A DNA stretch of 64,000 bases, taken from Desulfoscipio geothermicus. Lineage in GTDB: Bacteria; Bacillota; Desulfotomaculia; Desulfotomaculales; Desulfallaceae. Under the pieces are notes generated by a model. The model was given only the letters and a program-made list of their open reading frames with translations, was not told the DNA's origin and ran no database searches. The translations under genes and the position numbers were made by a program. Each line of letters starts with the position of its first letter. Positions within the stretch are counted from its first letter, which is position 1. Location of the stretch: contig JAENZP010000014.1 in the NCBI GenBank assembly GCA_016841205.1, forward strand, positions 23,003 to 87,002. The letters run 5' to 3'. Positions 17,376 through 24,722 of this stretch are shown here, piece by piece.

Positions 17376-18997
17376 TGAAAGCGTCGGAACTCCGCCAATC
17401 CATTCTGCAAGCGGCTGTGCAAGGCAAGCTCGTACCACAAAACGTCCATGACGAACCAGCGGTAGAGTTGCTGAAGCGCATCCGGCAGGAAAAGACACGG
17501 CTTGCAGAGGAAGGCAAAATCAAAAAAGAAAAGCCCCTTCTGCCGATTACAGAGGACGAAATTCCATTCGATTTGCCTGATGGGTGGGTTTGGTGTAGGT
17601 TAGGCACAGTGGCTGATCACTCGCTTGGGAAAATGCTTGACAGTCAGAAAAATAAAGGAGTGAATCAGAAATATCTTAGAAATCAAAATGTACAGTGGTT
17701 TCATTTTGATTTATTAGATTTGAAAGAAATGAAAATCGATCAATCTGAACAGGAGAGATATTCTGTTTCAAAAGGTGATCTTATAATTTGTGAAGGCGGT
17801 TATCCTGGTACATCAGCAATTTGGGAAGAAGAATCTTCGATATTTTTTCAAAAAGCTCTTCACCGCGTCAGATTTTTCCTGCAGGGTATGAACTATTACT
17901 TTCATTATTGTTTATACTTGTCTGCTCTTTCCGGTGACCTAAACAGGTATTATACCGGCTCGGGTATTCAACATTTTACCGGATACTCGTTAAATAGATT
18001 TGTTTTCCCCCTGCCGCCCCTTAGTGAGCAACAGCGCATCGTCGTAAAATTGAACGAGTTGATGACGCTGTGTGATGAACTGGAAGCAGCGGAAGAAGAA
18101 CTAAATGCGCTGGAAAACCGCTTTACCGAGTACCTGCCAAAATCCATCCTGCAGGCGGCGGTGCGGGGTAAACTTGTGTCACAAAACGTCCATGACGAAC
18201 CGGCATCTGAGCTGCTCAAGCGCATCTGGCAAGAAAGGGCACGGCTTATTAAGGAAGGAAAAATCAAAAAAGAAAAGCCTCTCCCCCTGGTTACAAAGGA
18301 TGAAATCCCATACGATTTGCCGGTTGGGTGGGTTTGGTGCAAAATAGGAGATATTGCAAATATATATACTGGCAATAGCATTAATGGAAATGATAAAAAA
18401 ACTAAGTACACGGGCTTGTCAGAAGGATATTTCTATGTTGCAACAAAGGATATAGGACAAGATAATTATATAAACTATGAAAATGGAATTGTAATTCCTT
18501 TTGACAACACTAACTTTCGAATAGCACCTGCATTCAGCGTACTTCTTTGCATTGAAGGTGGAAGTGCAGGTAAAAAGATTGCAATTACTAATCAAGATGT
18601 TTGCTTTGTCAACAAGTTGTGCTGTTTCTCATCTTATATACTTGACAGCAAGTACTTATTCTATTATCTGAAAAGTCCAGTGTTTTCTTCTTTATTTCAG
18701 TCATGCATGACTGGAATCATCGGTGGCGTTGGAGTAAATAGTATTAAAAAATTATTGTTTGTACTCCCGCCCCTCGCCGAGCAGCAGCGCATCATCGCCA
18801 AACTGGACGAACTGATGGCGATGTGCGATGAACTGAAAGACTCAAGGAATATACCCATAAAACCGGTTGTTTCAAATGTCGTGCCATTTCAGCCTAAAGA
18901 GAAATGGGATGAACTGCTTATTGCAGCTCGCGGTGATGCTTCACAAGGCTTGTCCGATAAAGCACAGCATGACGTCGACGAACTGTTGGGGGATTAA
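17372..18997 (+). CDS. hsdS: Type I R-M specificity subunit (two TRDs, duplicated conserved frame)
   Basis: Two copies of SILQAAV.GKLV.QNVHDEPA.ELLKRI...GWVWC and of LPPL.EQQRI..KL.ELM..CDEL flank two AT-rich variable regions. Confidence 0.9.
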   Translation: MMKASELRQSILQAAVQGKLVPQNVHDEPAVELLKRIRQEKTRLAEEGKIKKEKPLLPITEDEIPFDLPDGWVWCRLGTVADHSLGKMLDSQKNKGVNQKYLRNQNVQWFHFDLLDLKEMKIDQSEQERYSVSKGDLIICEGGYPGTSAIWEEESSIFFQKALHRVRFFLQGMNYYFHYCLYLSALSGDLNRYYTGSGIQHFTGYSLNRFVFPLPPLSEQQRIVVKLNELMTLCDELEAAEEELNALENRFTEYLPKSILQAAVRGKLVSQNVHDEPASELLKRIWQERARLIKEGKIKKEKPLPLVTKDEIPYDLPVGWVWCKIGDIANIYTGNSINGNDKKTKYTGLSEGYFYVATKDIGQDNYINYENGIVIPFDNTNFRIAPAFSVLLCIEGGSAGKKIAITNQDVCFVNKLCCFSSYILDSKYLFYYLKSPVFSSLFQSCMTGIIGGVGVNSIKKLLFVLPPLAEQQRIIAKLDELMAMCDELKDSRNIPIKPVVSNVVPFQPKEKWDELLIAARGDASQGLSDKAQHDVDELLGD

Positions 18998-19001
18998 GCG
19001 A

Positions 19002-19769
19002 ATGAACAACCCGGAGACCAAAGCAAAATGGGTGCTTGAGACAAAAGGTATTTCTGGTGTTCCGGCAGAATCCCTCAAAGCAATCGCCGACAGTGAAAGG
19101 ATAAAGCATAGATATAATGATTACCCAGAGGACGCATGGGACGGTATGCTGCTTTATAAAGGAGATAGAAAAGCCATACTTGTGAACATACGTAGGGGCA
19201 ATACCGGAAAGCATCATTTTACATTCGCGCATGAACTGGGGCATTATTTTCTAAACCATCCGCCGAGTTATATGAAAAATGGGCAATCGGGTTTTCGCTG
19301 TACCTCCGAGGATATAGAAAAAGAGCAAAAGCCGCGTGAGGCTGAGGCCAATCGCTTTGCGGCGGAGTTGCTGATGCCGCAAGACCAATTTCAACTTAAT
19401 ATGGTCGGTGCTCCGCTGGATTTTGGGCTGATAAATGGCCTCTCCAATCGTTATATGGTATCCAAGCATGCTTGCAGCAATCGCATTTTGCAGTTGACAC
19501 ACTCCCCATGCATTATTATTCGCACAAAAGGCAACCAGATCACCAGTTGGAGTGTTTCCCGTGCCGCAAAAGGTCTCCTACGAAAACTGGATGCTCTCCC
19601 GAAAGATACTGCCGCTCATAAAGCAATCGTCAATAAGTGGGGACATTATGATTTTGTAGAATGCGCTGCGGGGAAATGGCTCATTCGTGACGTGCCCGGC
19701 ATAAAGATATACGAATGCACCCATGTACATGCTGGAAGCGGCACAGCAATGACGATATTGAAGTGGTAA
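19002..19769 (+). CDS. ImmA/IrrE-type (COG2856-like) zinc metallopeptidase domain protein with uncharacterised C-terminal domain
   Basis: HEXXH in FTFAHELGHYFLNH plus EAEANRFAAELLMP. The ATG is 4 nt after the hsdS stop. The track ORF start at 18867 overlaps hsdS and is probably spurious. Confidence 0.7.
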   Translation: MNNPETKAKWVLETKGISGVPAESLKAIADSERIKHRYNDYPEDAWDGMLLYKGDRKAILVNIRRGNTGKHHFTFAHELGHYFLNHPPSYMKNGQSGFRCTSEDIEKEQKPREAEANRFAAELLMPQDQFQLNMVGAPLDFGLINGLSNRYMVSKHACSNRILQLTHSPCIIIRTKGNQITSWSVSRAAKGLLRKLDALPKDTAAHKAIVNKWGHYDFVECAAGKWLIRDVPGIKIYECTHVHAGSGTAMTILKW

Positions 19770-20024
19770 ATTTATTATATATAAAGCTCCTGTAACTTGT
19801 TAAGCCTCCGGTTATCTACATACTCATTAGGCTATAATTAGCAGTTATGTGAATAACGTATTATTTATAATTAAAAGTTTTTGATCGCTATAGCCATAGG
19901 GAAAATCTACGAATCTATTATCGGTTATCCAAGATAATATTGAGCTTAGCCGAACAAAAATACGGTAATCCCGTAGATTGGAAAGATGATGCGGATAAAT
20001 TAATGAAAGGGAAGGAGGGATTTT

Positions 20025-21236
20025 ATGCAAAACATAATTAAATTAAAGATTAGTGACGGTGACAAGATTATTTTCGAGAAGCAATTTCTAATCAATGAAG
20101 CTATGATTACGATAAGTGATGATTTTGTCTTAAATATATTAAGACCTTTCAATATTAACAAGGATTCCATCAAGCATTGCTATTTTACATTTGGGCTTAA
20201 TAATACATTTGTCGATATCAAAGATTATTCTTTGACAAATCAAATTTATATTGAGGGTTTTTTTAATCAACCATCACATATTGCTTTTTTAAGATGTAGG
20301 GATACAAAGTTACATATAGTTAACCAAAATATCGAAAAAATGCAGATTGATGGTTATAGTATGCTGGTTGCTGAATGCAAGATCGGAAAGATAGAATTTG
20401 GATTAAATAAACTAGCTGAAATTCTTAGGAACGATCAAAATATTAATGTAACAGAAATACATATTGACAGTATTGATATTCGGCATAGTGTCATAGATGA
20501 AATAAGTTTATCAGCTTCTTGTGATAATATTAATATTCAAGAGTCCGAAGTAAAAATTTTAAGATTAGGGAACATGTTTGGTATATCAAGAGCTATAAGC
20601 CATATAAACATTTGGCGGAATTGTTTAATAAATTCTATTGAACTAGCTTGCCCTGTTAATGTAATGAAAATGTCTGAATCAACGATTAATTTTATTTTAT
20701 CTAAAGCTCAATGCAAAATTAACTCATTAGATATTAAACAAGTAGCTCTTAATAATGCCTATGATTTTAATTTGAATAGTTTTAATGGGTTTAATGTACA
20801 TTCATGGCTATTAATATCTAAATCTGCTGCATCGTCTAAAGATATTGAGCTTCTTGCCCAAGCAAATTATAATATTTCTGATTTATATATGAAAGAAAAG
20901 CCGTGGAACATCAAAATACCTATGCTATTTTTCAAGGCAACCACTGGATATGGTTATAAGCCATTTAGAATTATCTGGTTTTCTTTAATTGTCTTACTAA
21001 TATTCTGCGGTATATTTTCTTTGATGGATATACATAATTCATGCCAACTTAAGACTGATATTTTATTTGATATCTTTCAAGAAAGGATAATATATTCATT
21101 AAATAGCTTTGCTGGAATTAGTGGAAATCAAAACTTAAAGGTAGAATGTGCATTTACTTTGTTAGAAAACATATTGGGAGTTGTTGCTTTTGCTATGTTT
21201 GTAAATGCTCTCTATGTAAAGTATAAAGCTTCTTAA
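20025..21236 (+). CDS. Uncharacterised protein: ~20-residue Ile/Asn-rich solenoid-like repeats followed by a C-terminal 2-TM + pore-loop-like (ion-channel-like) domain
   Basis: GGAAGGAGGG SD. Hydrophobic segments FRIIWFSLIVLLIFCGIFSLM and AFTLLENILGVVAFAMFVNALYV flank IIYSLNSFAGISGNQ. Very AT-rich. Confidence 0.55.
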   Translation: MQNIIKLKISDGDKIIFEKQFLINEAMITISDDFVLNILRPFNINKDSIKHCYFTFGLNNTFVDIKDYSLTNQIYIEGFFNQPSHIAFLRCRDTKLHIVNQNIEKMQIDGYSMLVAECKIGKIEFGLNKLAEILRNDQNINVTEIHIDSIDIRHSVIDEISLSASCDNINIQESEVKILRLGNMFGISRAISHINIWRNCLINSIELACPVNVMKMSESTINFILSKAQCKINSLDIKQVALNNAYDFNLNSFNGFNVHSWLLISKSAASSKDIELLAQANYNISDLYMKEKPWNIKIPMLFFKATTGYGYKPFRIIWFSLIVLLIFCGIFSLMDIHNSCQLKTDILFDIFQERIIYSLNSFAGISGNQNLKVECAFTLLENILGVVAFAMFVNALYVKYKAS

Positions 21237-21238
21237 TA

Positions 21239-21462
21239 GGGTGCGACGTCCTGTCGCACTCTGACTTTGGGGGCCCTCATTCATCTGATAATAGAGTATT
21301 CCCGACACTAGCCAAGATGAAAGGGAATGGCGCGTCGGGAATGCTCGGGACAATATGCCGGACATCGCTCGTGGCGTCGCCATCAGCCGGGTTTTCAACT
21401 GATGCCGAAATGCCCACATTCGTGGGCATTTCGGGAAGCCACCCCCACGTTATGCGACAGAT
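21239..21462 (+). other. GC-rich, strongly self-complementary intergenic element (candidate structured RNA or MITE-like insert)
   Basis: 13-bp perfect hairpin 21405-17/21422-34; 9-bp stem 21298-306/21334-42; 7-bp stem 21241-47/21253-59; 6-bp stem 21381-86/21399-404. Long-range complementarity 21251-58/21453-60 and G5/C5 21269-73/21442-46. Confidence 0.45.
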
Positions 21463-21486
21463 TAGTAATAGAAAGGAAAAGTTATA

Positions 21487-22494
21487 ATGAATTTTTTATA
21501 TTATCCAACTATTGCAATACCGATAGATGAATTGAAGAAGTATGTTTTATATGCTGACAAAATAAGTAGCATAGTTCCTGATGATTATTGTTTTATTGAA
21601 GATAACGAGGACAATAGATTGAATGAGTCCATAACGTCAATGAGCTATTTAGAAGAAATTGGAATTTATGAAAAAACATATTCTTCTAACGTTCTAATTA
21701 GCTATAAAGATACCCTTATAGATGAATTTATGGCTAGAATAATAAAAGAAGAAATATATAGAAAAGTGAAAGCAGGGCATAGACCCTCAACTTGGTGGGA
21801 GCTTTATACATCTAAACTTGATAATACAATTAAAGAGATGCTAATTGAAGAAGGTTTAGCTGAAAAAAGTACATATAATACAGTAATAGTTGCAACTGAA
21901 ATTGCTAGTATATATATGGGTTTATTAGCAGAGTATGCATCGATCTATGGTAAAACTTTTTATTCTACGGTAACAAATGATAATTATTATAAAGAATTGG
22001 TATATAAGCCAATTATAGAAAATGATAGAATTCTTAAGTTAAAATTTAGCATATTAAGTATTTTGCCGGTACCAACAGAAGATACTTCCTTAGAAGATAT
22101 TGTTCACTTTAAAGAAAGAAGAAAAGAAGAGTTATTAAGATTTCAAATACTTATTACTGATATTCAAGGTATACTTGCAAAAGCTCAAGATGTTAGAGAG
22201 TTCAGAGAGGTAATGGATAAATATGAGAAAGTATTTTGTTTGCAACTATTAGAATTAGAAAGCTTACTCAAAGAAAATAGTATTAGTTTTGTTGGGAATA
22301 CAATTGATTGTTTTATATCAAATTCAATTGAGGATTTAATTGAGGATTTAACTGGTATTAATGTTAGTAGAGGAATATTAAAATTAGGACCAGTTATTGA
22401 GAAAAAAATATTTGGAAAGAAATTATTAATAAGAGCTAATCCGACATCTTACTTATTAAGCGCAAACGGTGACAATATTATTAATATAAGATAA
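21487..22494 (+). CDS. Uncharacterised 335-aa soluble protein (N-terminal LYYPTI...YADKISSIVP recalls DUF6236-type proteins; unverified)
   Basis: Long track ORF with an AAAGGAAAAG SD-like stretch. Very AT-rich. No catalytic motif recognised. Confidence 0.55.
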   Translation: MNFLYYPTIAIPIDELKKYVLYADKISSIVPDDYCFIEDNEDNRLNESITSMSYLEEIGIYEKTYSSNVLISYKDTLIDEFMARIIKEEIYRKVKAGHRPSTWWELYTSKLDNTIKEMLIEEGLAEKSTYNTVIVATEIASIYMGLLAEYASIYGKTFYSTVTNDNYYKELVYKPIIENDRILKLKFSILSILPVPTEDTSLEDIVHFKERRKEELLRFQILITDIQGILAKAQDVREFREVMDKYEKVFCLQLLELESLLKENSISFVGNTIDCFISNSIEDLIEDLTGINVSRGILKLGPVIEKKIFGKKLLIRANPTSYLLSANGDNIINIR

Positions 22495-22670
22495 TTCGGC
22501 GCATAACAGGGCGTTATATGATATTTCAGGTTTTGCGTTTTTTCGTGAGGATCTGAAGAATTATTTTGGATAGTAACTATAGATTTTATTAGGTCTTGGA
22601 AGAGTAGTAAACATCAATTAAAAAGCTAGCAATATTTAAATTTAGAACAAAGCTTCGTATTATTCATATA

Positions 22671-22905
22671 ATGGAATATGGCAACTATTCAACAAGCCAT
22701 AAAAATAGTGTTGTTAAGTTTAACCTAGCTGAAGCCACGACTAGGCTAGCTTTAAAGTATAAGGATGTTCGTGCAATAACTTCTGAAGATCAGGACGCCA
22801 CTTTCACCACGATGATGGTTACCGGGTTACGCCGGGGAAGACTGCTCAGCTTACACTGAGAAATGGATAGATATTTGGCGCTTTATATATTGATTGATAG
22901 ATGCC
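22671..22905 (+). pseudogene. Relic of a tyrosine recombinase (phage integrase) gene
   Basis: ...TTMMVTGLRRGRLLSLH*EMDRYLALYILIDR matches the conserved TGLRrgELl.LrW.DiD first-Arg box and is interrupted by a stop. Only about 40 residues of similarity survive. Confidence 0.5.
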
Positions 22906-22949
22906 ATAATAATATTGAATATGTTAAAGTAATTAAGGAAGGGTTGACT

Positions 22950-23156
22950 ATGAAATTTCCTGTTACGATTCATCCTGGTGAGGATGGATATTTTGTGGCT
23001 GAATGCCCAATCGTGCCTGGATGCGTGTCCCAGGGCAAGACAGCAAAAGACGTATTAGACAACATAAAAGAAGCCATTGAATTATGCCTAGAAGTTAGAA
23101 AAGAACAAGGATTACCCCTTGTATTGCCTCTACATGAAGTTGAGGTGGCTATCTAA
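22950..23156 (+). CDS. hicB: HicB-family antitoxin (UPF0150 fold)
   Basis: MKFPVTIHPGEDGYFVAECPIVPGCVSQGKTAKDVLDNIKEAIELCLE. AAGGAAGGG SD before the ATG at 22950. Confidence 0.75.
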   Translation: MKFPVTIHPGEDGYFVAECPIVPGCVSQGKTAKDVLDNIKEAIELCLEVRKEQGLPLVLPLHEVEVAI

Positions 23157-23233
23157 TGCCGCCCCTGCCAGTTTTCTCAGGCGAAGAGGCAGTCCGTATT
23201 TTTATAAAGGCCGGATGGATGGTTGCTATATAA
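23156..23233 (+). pseudogene. hicA: 5' fragment (25 codons) of a hicA toxin gene
   Basis: MPPLPVFSGEEAVRIFIKAGWMVAI* matches the HicA N-terminus (MPKLP.vSG.e..kaLek.Gw) and then stops. Its ATG overlaps the hicB stop (TAATG). Confidence 0.6.
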
Positions 23234-23248
23234 AGGTGGTTATTAATT

Positions 23249-24691
23249 ATGCGTTGTGCGGTATACCGTCGAGTATCAACTGATATGCAGGCTGAAGAAG
23301 GTTTCTCTTTAGAGGCTCAAAAAGTTCGTTTAAATGCATATGCGGAATCACAGGGTTGGACTATCGTTGAAGACTATTGTGATGAAGGATTTTCCGCTAA
23401 AAATATTGACCGGCCAGAAATGCAAAGACTAATTACAGACATACAAAATAAGAAATTTGATTTGGTGCTTGTTTATCGTTTAGATCGTTTTGTTCGGTCT
23501 GTGGTTGACTTACATGAATTATTGCAGCTTATGGAAAAATATGATGTTAAATTTAAGAGTGCAACAGAAATGTTTGACACTACATCGGCAACTGGTAGGT
23601 TATTTATTACTCTTATAGCAACATTAGCCCAGTGGGAAAGAGAAACAATAGCAGAGCGTGTACATATGGGTATGACAAAAAAAGTAGAACTTGGTGAAAG
23701 AAACGGAGCTCCTGCCCCATATGGATATGATTTAGTAAATAGAGAGCTTATTATAAATGCTCAAGAATCAAAGTGGGTTAAATATATATTTAATCGCTAT
23801 GGTTTAGTTGGTTCACAAACCATAGCAAAAGAACTGAATCGCAAAGGTATTTCTACCAAAAAAGGTGAAGTATGGAGCGATTTTTCTGTCCGCTATATAC
23901 TTAAAAATCCTATTTATACCGGGTTAGTTCGCTGGAATTACGAAAGCGCTAACAAAGGTGTGCGAAAAAAAACAGGTGAAGAAATTATAACAGAGTTAGC
24001 TCAGCCTAATTTTGAGGCAATTATTAGTACAGAGATATTTAAAGAGACACAAAAACTTATGGCTCAAAGAAGCAATCAAGCCTTTAGATCAGATAATTTC
24101 TATCCATTTTCCGGGGTCGCAAAATGTGAAAAATGCGGCTATTCTTTTACCGGTGGCTTTAAAAAGTTAAAAAGTGGGAAAGTTCATCGTTTTTATAAAT
24201 GCCGCGGTAGAATTAATTTTGGTATTTGTGATGTTCAAGTTATTTCAGAGGCAGCAATAGAAGAAGCTTTTTTAGATATTCTTGAGTTAGTTAAAACAGA
24301 ACTAGCAATTGAACAACCTGGACAAACCGTTTCCACTGAGGATATACAAAAACGATTAAATAGGCTTAAACGAAAAAAAGAACGTGCGGAAGAATTATAT
24401 TTAGAAGGAGATATATCAAAAGACAAGTATATTCGTATTACGGAAGGTATTAAAGTTGAAGAAAAGGATCTATATAGTGTCTTGGATACAACAAATAACG
24501 CTCAATCGTTGGATCAAGTTAAAGAATTACTCCAGAATTTAAAAAACGAATGGCAATACTTCCCATACGAAACTAGAAAGCAAGCCGTCCATTCTCTATT
24601 TAAATCTATAACTATTCGTCTTGCAGAAAAAGCTAATCAAGGTCGGGGTAAAAAAGCTAAAATTGAGATTGTAGATTATAAACTTAATTAA
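23249..24691 (+). CDS. Large serine recombinase (phage integrase type)
   Basis: Resolvase-type N-domain with catalytic Ser (AVYRRVSTDMQ), a recombinase domain, a Cys4 zinc ribbon CEKCG...YKCRG, and a coiled-coil C-terminus. Confidence 0.9.
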   Translation: MRCAVYRRVSTDMQAEEGFSLEAQKVRLNAYAESQGWTIVEDYCDEGFSAKNIDRPEMQRLITDIQNKKFDLVLVYRLDRFVRSVVDLHELLQLMEKYDVKFKSATEMFDTTSATGRLFITLIATLAQWERETIAERVHMGMTKKVELGERNGAPAPYGYDLVNRELIINAQESKWVKYIFNRYGLVGSQTIAKELNRKGISTKKGEVWSDFSVRYILKNPIYTGLVRWNYESANKGVRKKTGEEIITELAQPNFEAIISTEIFKETQKLMAQRSNQAFRSDNFYPFSGVAKCEKCGYSFTGGFKKLKSGKVHRFYKCRGRINFGICDVQVISEAAIEEAFLDILELVKTELAIEQPGQTVSTEDIQKRLNRLKRKKERAEELYLEGDISKDKYIRITEGIKVEEKDLYSVLDTTNNAQSLDQVKELLQNLKNEWQYFPYETRKQAVHSLFKSITIRLAEKANQGRGKKAKIEIVDYKLN

Positions 24692-24722
24692 GATATAGGA
24701 TTATTTACAATATGCTTGGTTC
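24692..24722. other. Element/host junction (att half-site region)
   Basis: The PrkA reading frame (minus strand) stays homologous through ...CPMHEEP (codon P at 24717-24719), then diverges (SIL*) and stops at 24705. Confidence 0.5.

Larger units (their letters stand above)
1..24716. mobile_element. Partial prophage / phage-derived integrated element (right ~24.7 kb; left end outside window)
   Basis: Leftward early/replication genes, divergent XRE switch with ImmA, accessory island, then a large serine recombinase whose 3' end lies about 14 nt from the premature end of a truncated host prkA ORF. Confidence 0.8.

Noticed and set aside
13586-17607. Numerous 60-150-aa ORFs antisense to or out of frame with hsdR and hsdM (for example 14123..14587, 14636..14959, 16709..17032, 17281..17607).
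   Set aside because: They are shadow ORFs inside well-supported long genes. They have no SD or motifs.
21162-21530. Track ORFs 21162..21419 (-) and 21327..21530 (+) inside the GC-rich spacer. I also considered that the element is a retron msr/msd.
   Set aside because: The ORFs have no SD, Arg/Ser/Pro-rich nonsense-like sequences, and overlap strong hairpins. No reverse transcriptase (no YxDD-containing ORF) is nearby, so a retron is unsupported.
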